Translations under genes and position numbers: made by a program
Shown: piece after piece, positions 40,497-52,059 of the stretch
Position numbering within the stretch: the first letter of the stretch is position 1
How the letters are laid out: each line of letters starts with the position of its first letter
Assembly: GCA_030704615.1 (NCBI GenBank)
Contig: CM060731.1
Location: 12,400,001 to 12,464,000, forward strand
DNA: 64,000 nucleotides
Direction of reading: 5' to 3'
Source of the DNA: Takakia lepidozioides
Taxonomy: Eukaryota > Plantae > Bryophyta
Notes under the pieces: generated by a model
Database searches by the model: none
Told to the model about the DNA's origin: nothing
What the model saw: only the letters and a program-made list of their open reading frames with translations

Positions 40497-41076
40497 CCCA
40501 TTGTAATCCCTTCCTTCACTTTTTCCTGAGTCCCTGTAACACTTACAATGTTCTTGTGACTTAACTGGAAATTACTACACTCCAACCGGGCTACGGAACC
40601 CAGAAATATTAATGCACAAGACAGAAAATCTCCAAATCGAAAACCTCCAATGCATCATAATAGCAACTTCACTCAAACCTAAGATTAAGCGAAATTCTCT
40701 CTCTCCCAACTCCCCCTAAGGACGTATGGATGAAGCAGTGACTAAATGGCATCAATTTGGCGGCGAAGCTCGATCGCTCGGACCAGAAAACCAAATCTAG
40801 AGTGTATCTACCTTTGGAAAGGTTAAGTACTTGAAATTGGAGAGGAATCTACAATCCCCACGCAATACACAGCCATAGAAAAATAGGACACATCTGCTAA
40901 AGAAAACACACCAGAGCGGGATCGGAACACACGCCAAGCCCAAAGATGCCATTACTCCCTTGCCACCTTCTTTGATTCCTTCCCGAGAACTGTCCCTACT
41001 GCAAGCGATGGCTTGAAGGATCTACTACCTAAGCCAGAGCCCTGAAGGCAGAGCGAGGAGAGCGAGAGTCCCGACC

Positions 41077-41100
41077 TAGGGTTTAGGGTTTAGGGTTTAG
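41077..41100. promoter_or_regulatory. Interstitial plant telomere repeats (telo-box) upstream of recA
   Basis: TAGGGTTTAGGGTTTAGGGTTTAG, about 600 bp upstream of the recA ATG. Confidence 0.6.
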
Positions 41101-42979
41101 CAGGCCAGTATTATATAAACTATATTGATTATTATTAAATTGTATAAGAGCATGACGAAAGACTTGTCGGGTGAGTCCCGGAATAAAGACCGGGCCACGG
41201 GATCTCAGTTGCCATTGACAGGCCGTCAACAAAACTCCGGATGACCCGGTACTTCATGGGGCCCCCCTGTCCCACCCGGCCAAGGGCCCCGCATCGTCTC
41301 CTCTCCCCACTTCAGCAGCCAAGTGGCTCTCCACAGAAGGCAAGACCCGGAATCGCTGGGCTCGGATAATCTGCACACACATGCTCGCTTCCTTTGATTT
41401 AATCTAAAGCACTTACTTTGAATTGAACAAGGGCCCAGCTTGAGATGGAAGCTTCGAGGTTTCTATGTGAGGGTGCTCTTCACCTATTCCGTTCCAGTTG
41501 ACTGGTCTTTTCAGTCCTATTCCTTGGATTCGAGCTTTCTGTACAAAGTTGTTACAGAGTGAACCGGACTGTTGAATGTTCCGAAGAGCTCAAAATTGTC
41601 TACTTACACTGTCAGCAAGGCCGGCGGATGTGTCGACAGTCATTCATGCGAAAATTCTTGGACGATAGCTTTGGGACAGTATTGAAGGAAGGGGTAATGG
41701 AGAAAAACAACTAGAAGATGTTGCTAGAGTCCGTGTCAGATCATGTTTCAGACGAATCCTTCGCCTTCAATCACAATAGAATCTCAGTGTATGATTATGG
41801 GGGATATGGCAACCGGTCGTTTTCAGTTGGCCGAAAATTGCTAAATTAAACTGTGGGAGCCAGAGAGAACTTTCGCGATAGCGGAGTTAGTCTTGTGTCA
41901 GCCTCTATAGTATGAACCGGAAGGAGAATTTCCCACCTTTGATAAAATCTTGCCGAGCTGTGTGATCATCCTTTTGTCTAGCAGAATTGACTATATGACT
42001 AATTGATAGCTGAATTGCACAGGGAAATGTCGATGCACCGGTTTGACTCCCTGCAGGGTGTCACGAGCAATCGCGTCCTTGGCATCGAAAATGCCGCGTT
42101 GTCAATACCGCAGCTAAGTTCGTTCTTCGTGGCGTTGACGCTTCTGGTCTCCACATCCGGTAAGCGTCTCCTCATTGCTAGCTTCATCAGTTGCTCTCAA
42201 TTCATAGTAGCATCATGGGTAATTGCTATCAAACCGGGAAGCTGTGGCTTCCGATGTTGCTGATCAAAGTCGTAGCAAATAGCTGGTTCTTCAAATAAAC
42301 TGCCATGTACCTGGTAGTACACCAGCGGACGATTCCGTTTCAAATTCAACTCGATGGTTTTCGACCGACTATTGCTGTGATGTCCTGATAGGGTGTGAGG
42401 GTGAAATAGGAAGGGCCGGTCGCGATCTGCAAGAAGATACTATGTGAAATTTATGTTAAGGAATCACTTCTTGTGGAAGGGTGCCCCTCAAGGTCAAGTA
42501 GGGGAGTTCTCAGACGTATTGTCTTCAAATTCGCCGTCTTTATCCCTCCCTCACACACGAGCTGGGATAGATTCAATTGTGATTAGATAGCAAAAACAAG
42601 AATGAATACAGGGGACCTGAAGTTGCCCAGCACCCCTGCGGTACTGGGACAGCCCTCAAACACCATCCAACCCAACGCTACAAAAATATGCCTTTGATGG
42701 AGGGTGTATGAAGCGATTCATGATGAAGAAGAGTCATTGTGCTAGAATGACAACTTCCAGGTAGCTATTTGGTACTGGGTCAAGGGCGCAGGAACTTTTC
42801 CTGTGGATTGTCTGAGAGTGTTCTTTTTTATGTGGTTTGTAAGCCTAGTAGGCCTTCCAGCACACAAATCAGCTGCAACAATCCCTACCATTGACAATGA
42901 ATTGCTGACAAACTAGTATTTGGTTGTAATCATAACAAAATGCAATATAACCTCACAATAAAGGCTCTGTGTCTTGCAG

Positions 42980-44714
42980 ATCAACTGGGAATATCTGCTG
43001 TCTCAGCAGCAACCAAATTCACCTTCATCAATGATTGTAGTTTCAATGTGTGGCCAGGGATAGAACCCAATGCAGGTTCGTCCATCCTGGCTGGTGGGGG
43101 ATTTGCAATGGCCTCAGGGAAAACTTGCGCTGTGAGGGTGCAAAGTGGCTGGACAGGACGATTTTGGGGTCGTAGTGGCTGCTCGTTCAATGGGAATGGG
43201 CATGGAACTTGTGCGACAGGGGACTGTGCAGGATTGTTGGAGTGTGCTGGTGCAGGGGGGACTCCACCTGCTACTTTGGTTGAAATCACCCTAAATGGTG
43301 CAAACGATGATGATTTTTATGACATAAGTTTAGTAGATGGTTACAACTTACCTCTCTCCATTACTGCCAATGGGGGATCTGGCAACTGCGGCAGTGCTGG
43401 ATGCACCAGCGACCTCAATTCCAAGTGTCCACAAGAGTTACAGGTACGTCGCTCCTGTTTTCTAATGAAGGTTTTATCACAGTACCTTGTGATGAGAGGA
43501 CTTCCAAAATGAGAGGACTTTAGACTGGTCTTGTGCTGCAACTCCAAAAATCCTGATCTTGCATGTTCATTTTAGGAGTTCTTAAGGGTAATTCCCTATG
43601 AGGGGTTTCCAAGCAATGCCCAGGATACTTGAGGATCTCCATCCATTCTTGTTCCACTGCTTGAACTTGTTGAGACCTACTGATGAAGCGCCACCATACA
43701 AAAGATCATCCCTACATCAAATGGTTATAACATCATGGGACTAGTATTGTGTGCCTAGTTCCCTCAGTTGTGAATGTGAAGCTTCAGGCACCTGAGGCGG
43801 TAGCCTTCAGGATCGAAGTCTGACTTTTGGTGTTTTTCGGAGGTCCTGGATCAACACATCAAATATCTCTGTCCAATACAACAATCTGCCTCCTTGTTGC
43901 AAATTCTCCTTGTTCAGAGAATTGGGCTGGGTCTGGGATGTGTGGATGGTGACAGACAAATGTGACACCATACAATCATTCGTCAATCTTGACTCAAAAC
44001 TTGATAGAGAATTATATTATGAAGATGCTTCAGCACAAATATGTTTGATCAGACACCTACATCTTGTATGTGCATTTCCTATCAGGTTGTGAGCGGTGGC
44101 CAGGTGGTTGCATGCAAGAGTGCTTGTGATGAATTCCGAACTTCACAATATTGTTGTACCGGCCCGAACAAGACGCCCTCCACCTGTCCCCCAACTAACT
44201 ACTCACGCATATTCAAGGATGCTTGCCCTACAGCTTACAGTTATGCCTATGACGACGGCAGCAGCCAGTTTACCTGCAAGGGAGCCAGCTATACTATCAT
44301 CTTCTGCCCCAATGGTACCTAAGTCAATTTTTGACCATACATAGTGTGTCATGATCAAATAACTCTTTGCCAACTTAGTGTCTCCCACGAGGATTTCTAA
44401 TGTCATTGTGTCGTCCTGTTGCAACCACAGGTTCGTCAAGTGTTGGGCAAGCACAGGCCCCTGGGACAAATCCGGCACCAACAGGTAGCTCAAATCCTGC
44501 ACCTCCAGACAGCACAAGTCCCGCACCAGCAGATGGGGGAGGTGATTCTCCAGGGACCACAGGTACACAGGTAGAGGCACCAGGCTCAACTCATGCTGAA
44601 CCAGCATCGGGGGGTGCTTCTTCACTTCTACCAACCCTGGCTGTCCCCTTTCTTGTCAGCTTGTTCGCCAATGTAGTTGCCAGCCTTGTGATCTGGTATA
44701 AGAGAGTGCAATGA
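42980..44714 (+). CDS. Thaumatin-like (PR-5) protein with Pro/Ser/Thr-rich linker and hydrophobic C-terminus; exons 42980-43443, 44086-44314, 44431-44714 (first exon not resolved)
   Basis: FTFINDCSFNVWPG, WTGRFWGRSGC, CATGDC, PPATLVE, DFYDISLVDGYNLP, CKSAC, YCC, YSRIFKDACPTAYSYAYDD. GT-AG introns in phase. Confidence 0.92.
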
Positions 44715-45950
44715 CACAACGAAGCTCTAATATGTATCCATGACAACAATCCAAGCTTATCAGTGGTAGGAGGCAGTAGGCCTTACATCAGCGACCTTGC
44801 GAGTTCTGTGTTGTGACCACCAAATTTATTCAGGAAGATGCTCATGAGCACTGTCAAATTAAATTAGAGGAGTAGAGATATTCCAAACCCAAGCCTCAAA
44901 AAAGAGGCATTATATTAGCTGGATTGGAGCCTACTTTTTGCATCAAAAGAAATTAGTATTCCTATCAAATCGAGTTGGTATCTGAGCACACCAGTCTGAA
45001 AGACTTTGTATTGTTGCTTCTCCGTTTTAGGTGTATATCAAGATTGTCTTGAAGTTGCAGTGTAGACGATGTGTCTGACACTTGTATGACCCCTTGCATC
45101 CTGCTTGCAAGGATTTCGCCATTGCATATTGATCATTCTGGCCACGTGATAATTCCTGTTTGGGAGCAACAGTGGGTAAGATCAGCAACCTGTCACAATT
45201 CAAAACCCCAACTATGTTCTTGAGTGGAGAAACACTGACCTGTGGAGGAGTATCCATTGAGGGGTGGCCTCCCATTTCCTTGCTTGTGCACTGTTGAGGT
45301 GAGAGAAGGTCTGTTTGGCTGTGCTTTCCTGCGTCTTGAGATTTCTGAGAGTGATCGCAATGGCATCCAGCTCTGAACGCGGTTGGTTCGAACTTGAGCA
45401 GTACGAAGTTCCTCGAATGAGACAGACCCAGGCATTGGAATCGCGCTACATTTGTGAGCTCGCCCGCAATCTACTACCTGAAAAAAAATTGTGTTTGTTG
45501 ACTACCCGGAAGGAGAGCCCCTCCCGCGTCCTGAGCTGCCCTTAGATACACCACCAGAATTTTGGGCAAAGACTTTTGAGGAGACAACTCACAAGGAGGC
45601 CTCTAAGCCTATCCATACCAAGGCTGAGCGTAGGGAGCAGAATCAACGAATCCAAGAGTCTCTACAAGGAGCTTATGCTGCGCGCTTGCTACTCAAGCTA
45701 CATTCCAGAGAAGTTGCCCTACATATTCCCCTTTCTAGTGTTAAAGAACAGTTGGAGAGAGGAGAGACACTCAGTTGGGCAGTGCTTGGCATTCCGCAGT
45801 TCTCAGTGAGTCGTGAATTGGGCGTAGAGCTCGAGAGCTTTTTGCCACCTGCCAAGCCGAGCCAAGCCGAGTCCCCTACGGTTATAGGAACTGGTAAAGG
45901 GAGGGACGTCATGGGAACGTATGACTGTAAGGTACATATGCCTACAGTTG

Positions 45951-46047
45951 CTCTACGACCAGGGTTTTATGACTACTAGTCATGAGGGACTTACTACTAG
46001 AAAATAGTCATGAATCCTAGTCGTGAAACCCTAATTCTGTTGTAGTG
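45951..46047. mobile_element. CACTA-type terminus / small non-autonomous relic
   Basis: TCTGTTGTAGTG ending at 46047 is the reverse complement of CACTACAACAGA, with ATGACTA/TAGTCAT subterminal motifs. Confidence 0.45.
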
Positions 46048-46924
46048 ATTACATCAGTCCATTTCCTGCTTTTATAATATTTTTTCTAGGCCCCAATTCC
46101 ATGTCAATCTAGCTTGAGACTACCATCACTCGTTAGTTCTAAACTATGCAGTCTTGATACTACAACTAGAGATTAGATCAACATCATGCTAGGCCAGAAT
46201 CAGTCTATCCTCAGATCTGAACTTCACAATGAAAACACTCAAGTCACACTTTCCATCATCTGCAATATGAAAGGCCGACGACTTTACTGATCAGCAGTCT
46301 TTAGCAGCAAAATACTACAAGTGCAAGAGAGCCAGAGACTCCGTGAGTCCTTGCTTTATACATGTTCTGGTCATAGACTGATTTCTAATCCCGCCGACCG
46401 TTCAAATGCTAATTAAATAGCTAGCAAACAATTTTCATCAGCTGAAGCCAACTGGGCATTGAAATATTACGGCTGCCGGGTCTTATCCCCCTCTGCGCCG
46501 TGGGTCCTTTAGTTCTGACTTAGCTAAATTCATACTTCTAGCTACGTCACCCCTTCTTCACTAATTCACTATAAACATGCCAACTAATTGATTTTAATAT
46601 GGCCCCATGCCTATAACAAAGCACCGTTCTACAGTTTGTCTCCACACTGAATTTCATCTGCTGCTCATCCATTTGTCATCCATTCCCCCCATGACTTTCA
46701 TCCTTAGTCGCATTCATCCATGGCTAAATGAAAAACTGAGAAGTCCTTCCATTCGTCATAATTAGATCTCTCTTAATATGCGCCTTGTCTCCGACAAACA
46801 CTACATAATATTGGCTGATCATTTGCTGAAAACTGACTGTCTCCCACACAATGATCCAATGCCACAACATTTTGATCAGACCCTTCCCTAGCACATAGCT
46901 CTTCGCCTGAAGGTCAGTCCAACA

Positions 46925-49900
46925 TTAATCAGATTGTTGTCTTGCTACCCATACAAGATCGTTGTTAACTTGCCAATGACAAATGTCACCATCCCCGGGC
47001 TTGATCTTCAAGTAAGCAAAAACGGGATGTTTTGGATTGAATTCAGTTGTGTCCAAATGACAAACTGCTGCAAGTCGAACCATAGTTCCATCATTGGCCA
47101 ATAGGGTAACATCAAAAGATTTGGTGTTTTCCAGGTTGTGACAATAATACACCATATAAGGATAGAATGTGTTGTGGCATATTACAGACTTAGCCTTTGG
47201 GTTTGTTTGCTTAGGGGAGATATTGGCAATTCTGGCAGGCTTAAAGGCAAGGTCAGTAGGTGCCCAAGAGGTAATAACCTGCACGTTACCAATCCTCAAA
47301 AAATGTCAGACAAGTAGACTAAAGTAAGTGGCTAGCACACCGCTTGAATTCATTGCATTTTGACCTTGTCCGGTATCCCTTAAAAACCTCTCCAAGTGCT
47401 TTAAAAAAATATACCTAATGACAATCAGATCCCTTACAATCATCATTACCAACAAACACAAACTCAAAATAACCAACCCATTGAACATGTCATGTCATCT
47501 ACTCCACCCCTGACCGGGGCGATAGTCGCAAGGTGAAATGGCCCTTAGTTATGCCGGTTTTGGACGTCCGGATTATTTTTAATTATTTCTCTCTCTTTCT
47601 CTTTCTTTCTCTCTAAGTGGCTAGAGAAATGTATTAATTCTGAATTAAAATCTTAAACAGTATGCCTTATAATAGTATCAATGTAGTGTAGTATCAAACA
47701 CCCATAAACAGAAATCTTACCTCAAGATCCGAAGTCCCAATAAGTGATATTACAAAATAAACCAAGTCTTTCAAAGAAGTGGCGCACAACTTCGTTTCAC
47801 CCTTTGTAGGTGGAGCTTCACAGTCTGATATTGTCTTTTTCATCTGGTTTCTCATTTTCGAGTGGACTGGAATTTTGAATGTTTGTAGTACCTTCAGTGC
47901 CAACCAATTTTTATGAACTTCCATGATTATATAGGTATGAGGTATCAAGTCTCATGTTATATTGATAAAATTGGGAGACTGATATAACTATTTTCACAAA
48001 ATTGATGCATCATTTAAACATATAATATAAATCTAATATAAAAACACTCACTTGTAAATGTGTGATGAGACAAATAAAATGTATCTATGTATATGAGAGA
48101 AAAATAGATACTTCGATTCATTTCCATCCCTATTACCTGTGACAAATCTTTGGTAGAAAATGGAAGAGCATTGGCTACTGCATGAGGTAAGAATCGATGA
48201 TAGGGGATATGATCATGCATATCAGGCGTCCCCATGTAGGCACCTTCCACTAGGTCCTTCACTTGGAAGTATTTGGTGGGCTCCACCGTGTTAGATATTA
48301 TGAGGTTTTTCTCGATATTCATCTTCGATTTCTGATCAGCTGGTTATAAAACAACAAATCACCAATTTCCAATTAATTCACAAGACAAAGATGAAAACTG
48401 TATTAGGTAGACTACTTTTTATCATGCATCTAATTTTGATGCATTTTTCTACGAATAGGACACTTTGTACATAAATTTGACAACATGACTATGTACAACA
48501 ATACCAAATCCATGGAAATTACCCAAATATTGTACCATGTAAAGTCTCTTTACGTAACTTTTGTGATTCAGCATCCGTCATTGGAACATTGACCTGATTA
48601 CATCCAATGAGAGCAAGAATATTCATGAGCATATTACTTCACATATGCTTGATATTTTGCATTATATCTTAATTTTTGTTCAATAAAGTTACACTATGTA
48701 CTATGTATATTTTTTTGTTTCTTATTTATAACAATGCTTTGAACTAAGATGCTCACATGGATCTCATCAATCTGTTCAGTCATCTTCATTTATGTTAAAT
48801 TTACAATAGTATTTAGATTTATATTTCATTCATTTCCTAATTTAACCTCTTGGGAACATTATCAAATTGATCTCATCTCAAATCATAAATGTCATCAATA
48901 ATGAGTGTTGGACTGCAGCTTACCTTTACCGTGGCAGTCACATTTATATTCTCTTTTCTATAGTAGCCCTCGTAATCCCCTGCTAGGGTAACATTTGTGT
49001 TCCTTTTCCTGTAGTAGCCTTCATAATCCCCCTCCAGGGTCACATTTGTCTGGTCTGTCTCGTAGTAGCCCCCATAATCCTCTTCTTGGGTCACATTTGT
49101 GTTCCCTTTCCTGTAGTAGCCCTCATAATCCCCTTCCAAGGTCACATTTGTCTTGTCTTTCTTGTAATAGCCCTCATATTCCCCTTCTAGACTCACATTT
49201 GTGTTCTCTTTCCTATAGTAGCCCTCGTAATCCCCTGCGAGGGTAACATTTGTGTTCCCTTTCCTGTAATAGCCTTCGTAATCCCCTTCTAGAGTCACAT
49301 TTGTCATGTCTTTCCTATAGTAGCCCTCATAGTCCTCTTCCAAGGTCATATTTGTCTTGTCTTTCCTATAATAGCCCTCATAATCCCCTTCCAAGCTGCC
49401 ATTTGTGTTCCCTTGCCTGTAATAGCCCTCGTAATCCCCTTCCAAAGTCACACTTGTCTTATTTTTCCTATAATAGCCTTCATAATCCCCTTCCAAAGTT
49501 ACATTTGTCTTGTCTTTCCTATAGTAGCCCTCATAATCCTCTGCCAGAGTCTCATTTGTATTCGTATTCATACGATCGTGAAGACCCTGCTTGTCGAGAC
49601 TTGAATGAATCTCTTCACCATTTTTTTTTTTCCCCCCAACTGTCATATCAGATGTTTTCTTGAAGCTGTTGCATTCAACCAAAAAAAACTTGGGTCACAT
49701 CAAACTCAATGGTTGAAAAAATCTAAGTTGAAGGTTTTTTCTGAGATAATAAAGATTAGTTGAATTCTAAAGAACAGGTCAAATGATTTGAAATACAGAT
49801 GTCATAACATTATTTTTTTTAAATCTACAATTTTAATCTTTCACAAATCTTATAATAATACCTTTGAGTTGTTGATAGTTGTTGTGTCATAAGTAAGCTT

Positions 49901-50315
49901 GGATTGCACCACAAATTTGCAGCTTTGCAAAACTCAAAGCTTTTGAAAGAACCACTTTTGATGCTCTCAATGAAATGTAATGCTTTTGATGAGTTCAAAA
50001 TAGACAAACGGTCCAACAAAATAGACGGCATGGTGACATTTGGAAGCTGTTGCTCCCAAAAACTCTTATCGGACTCTTGTGATTGAGCATTTGCATCCAC
50101 CACCTGTCCCATGGCCAATACATCATTGAAGAATATTTTTCAACAACATTTAACTAAACGATTCACAAATTGATGAAAAACAATTTGATTTTAAATATTC
50201 AAATTGTGAGTTATTACTGCAATAATAACAAACAGACATAAATACATACTAGGAACATAATCATGAACATGGGCAGCCTAGTAGCCAGCTGATATCTTTG
50301 AATCATGGTTGTCAT
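46925..50315 (-). CDS. BURP-domain protein with 12 tandem Tyr-rich core-peptide repeats (~611 aa); exons 50315-50250, 50103-49862, 49665-48924, 48593-48536, 48339-48137, 47891-47721, 47278-46925
   Basis: Signal-peptide-like N-terminus, then a PG1beta-like segment (FWEQQLP...FCKAANLWC) and the repeat exon. BURP domain KYFQVKDL...FLP...LPFS...CEAPPTKGETKLCATSL...CH-x10-CH-x25-CH-x25-CH-x8-W. All splice sites GT-AG and phase-consistent, with no stops. Confidence 0.93.
47336..47613 (+). mobile_element. 5'-truncated non-LTR retroelement in BURP intron 6
   Basis: 11-bp TSD TAAGTGGCTAG (47325-47335, 47614-47624) and a CT-rich tail. 3' region homologous to 20172-20264. Confidence 0.65.
48945..49560 (-). 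repeat. Coding tandem repeat, 12 x 51 bp (17 aa, xxTNVTLEGDYEGYYRK)
   Basis: Read directly in ORF 48873-49682. The core is DYEGYY in 10 units, EYEGYY in 1 and DYGGYY in 1. Confidence 0.97.
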
Positions 50316-52059
50316 GGATGTACACTTGAAGCCACTCCAAATAAGACTATTGTGTATAATAACAATGATGCAGGCAAGAACTAAGTTGTGCTCTCATCCA
50401 TTTTGAGTATAAGCAACTTATATCTCCTTGCTCATGCTCCTTTCAGTTCCCACGTCGTCTTTTGCCTTTGGGGTCGAGAGACACCATATTTTACGCTTCT
50501 TTCTGGAGGCATCATATATATATTCACCATGGCCTTGTGCATATACTTGGAATTAGTACATAAAAATGCCAAGAAAAGACCCTATTTTTGGAGAGCCCAT
50601 ACTATGACATCAACAATTACGGGTTCAGACAACCAATAATCAGCAGGACACTGATGCCAAAAGTAAGTTAATAATTGCCAGTATTTATGTATACTTGAAA
50701 TAAGCTGATTGTTTTCTAATAATAATTTTTTCCTCTAATGTTTTATCTTTCCTTGCAAAGTCAATAATGACAAAGCAAATCTGAAAAGAAGTGAAATATT
50801 ATATATTTGTTTTTTATTTAAATGTTAGACAATAGAATGTATAAAATGGGTTATTCTTCCTCCTCTTTGTAGGGTCTGAATTGTGAGCTATCGCTCCTCC
50901 AGGTTTCCCTTTAAGGGGGGGGGGGGGGGGGAATACAAAATACAAAATACAAAATACAAAAGAAAAATACATTTTTTAATAAATAAATAATTTTAAAAAT
51001 TATTTGATGTCATTCAATCCATTTATCTCAAAGTGTATAATTTTCAAATAAATATATCAGCATCAGATCAAGAAATATCTCATGAGCATATGTATTTATA
51101 ATATTTATTCTCTAAAAAATAGTGCTATAAATTTTGTCCGGAAGCTGCATATTTTGGACTGTTTTCAAGTTCAAATATTTTATGTTCAACTACAATGTGT
51201 GCAACCCAAGTCCAACAATATTCAAGTCCAACAATATTCAAAATATTGTTGGACCATGACCAAAAACATTTGGTGTGGCAGCTAGCCACCGGTCTTATCT
51301 ATGTTTTGCTTTCAGAGGACTTCATGTAGTTTATCATGAGTCATGACCGATGTAAGTAGTTGATTTTTTGTCCTACTTTGAAGTATAAAATAGTCAAATA
51401 TAACTCGGTAGGTTGATGATATTCTATTTGCAAAATCTTGAAATATTTTTTTGAAGATTCTATTCATAGGTCTCTTTCTTTTTCTCAACAAATTTACTAG
51501 GGAGGAAAAAAAATCTAGAGGTAACCCATTCTTTTTTCCTCTTTTTGCACCCGGGTTCTTTATACCGTTGGAAAGCCCTCGATGAATAGAGGTGCATCGA
51601 GGTGGTTTCATAATTTTGGACATGCGGTGTGGGAGTTATTGAATTTTACGTATTTTCGTCACTGAAAATTGATGAAAATCGCAAATTGGGTTTTTTGGAA
51701 CATAAAATGACAATGCAATATCTACTCAACGGCACAGGTCACACTACTGTTGAAAATCTGCATTTATAGCGAAGCACCTAAAATTACAAATATTTTTAAT
51801 TAAAAAAAATATAATTACTTATGCGAGTAGGTCCTTACTGCATACGCCAAATGACTACCAACTTTTACAAAGTTTGAATTGTTTCTAGATGAAGGACCGC
51901 AAATCATCATTTTTTTCAAAATTCATAATTGTCTCTTTGCAGAATTGTGAGGCACCCCGCTACAATGGAAGAGAAAACCACACAAAGCCCATGAAGAAAA
52001 CGCCAAGATTATTATCTAACCTCCAATATTATATTTATTGGCACTTGGTCATCTCAAAT

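Noticed and set aside
8202-46047. One giant 38-kb CACTA element bounded by matching 12-bp TIRs
   Set aside because: The flanking trinucleotides differ (ATA vs ATT) and the interval holds ordinary host genes such as recA. Two separate termini of one family are more plausible.
47500-47560. Hammerhead ribozyme
   Set aside because: A hairpin followed by GAAA is present, but the CUGANGA core and stems I/III are not supported in either copy.
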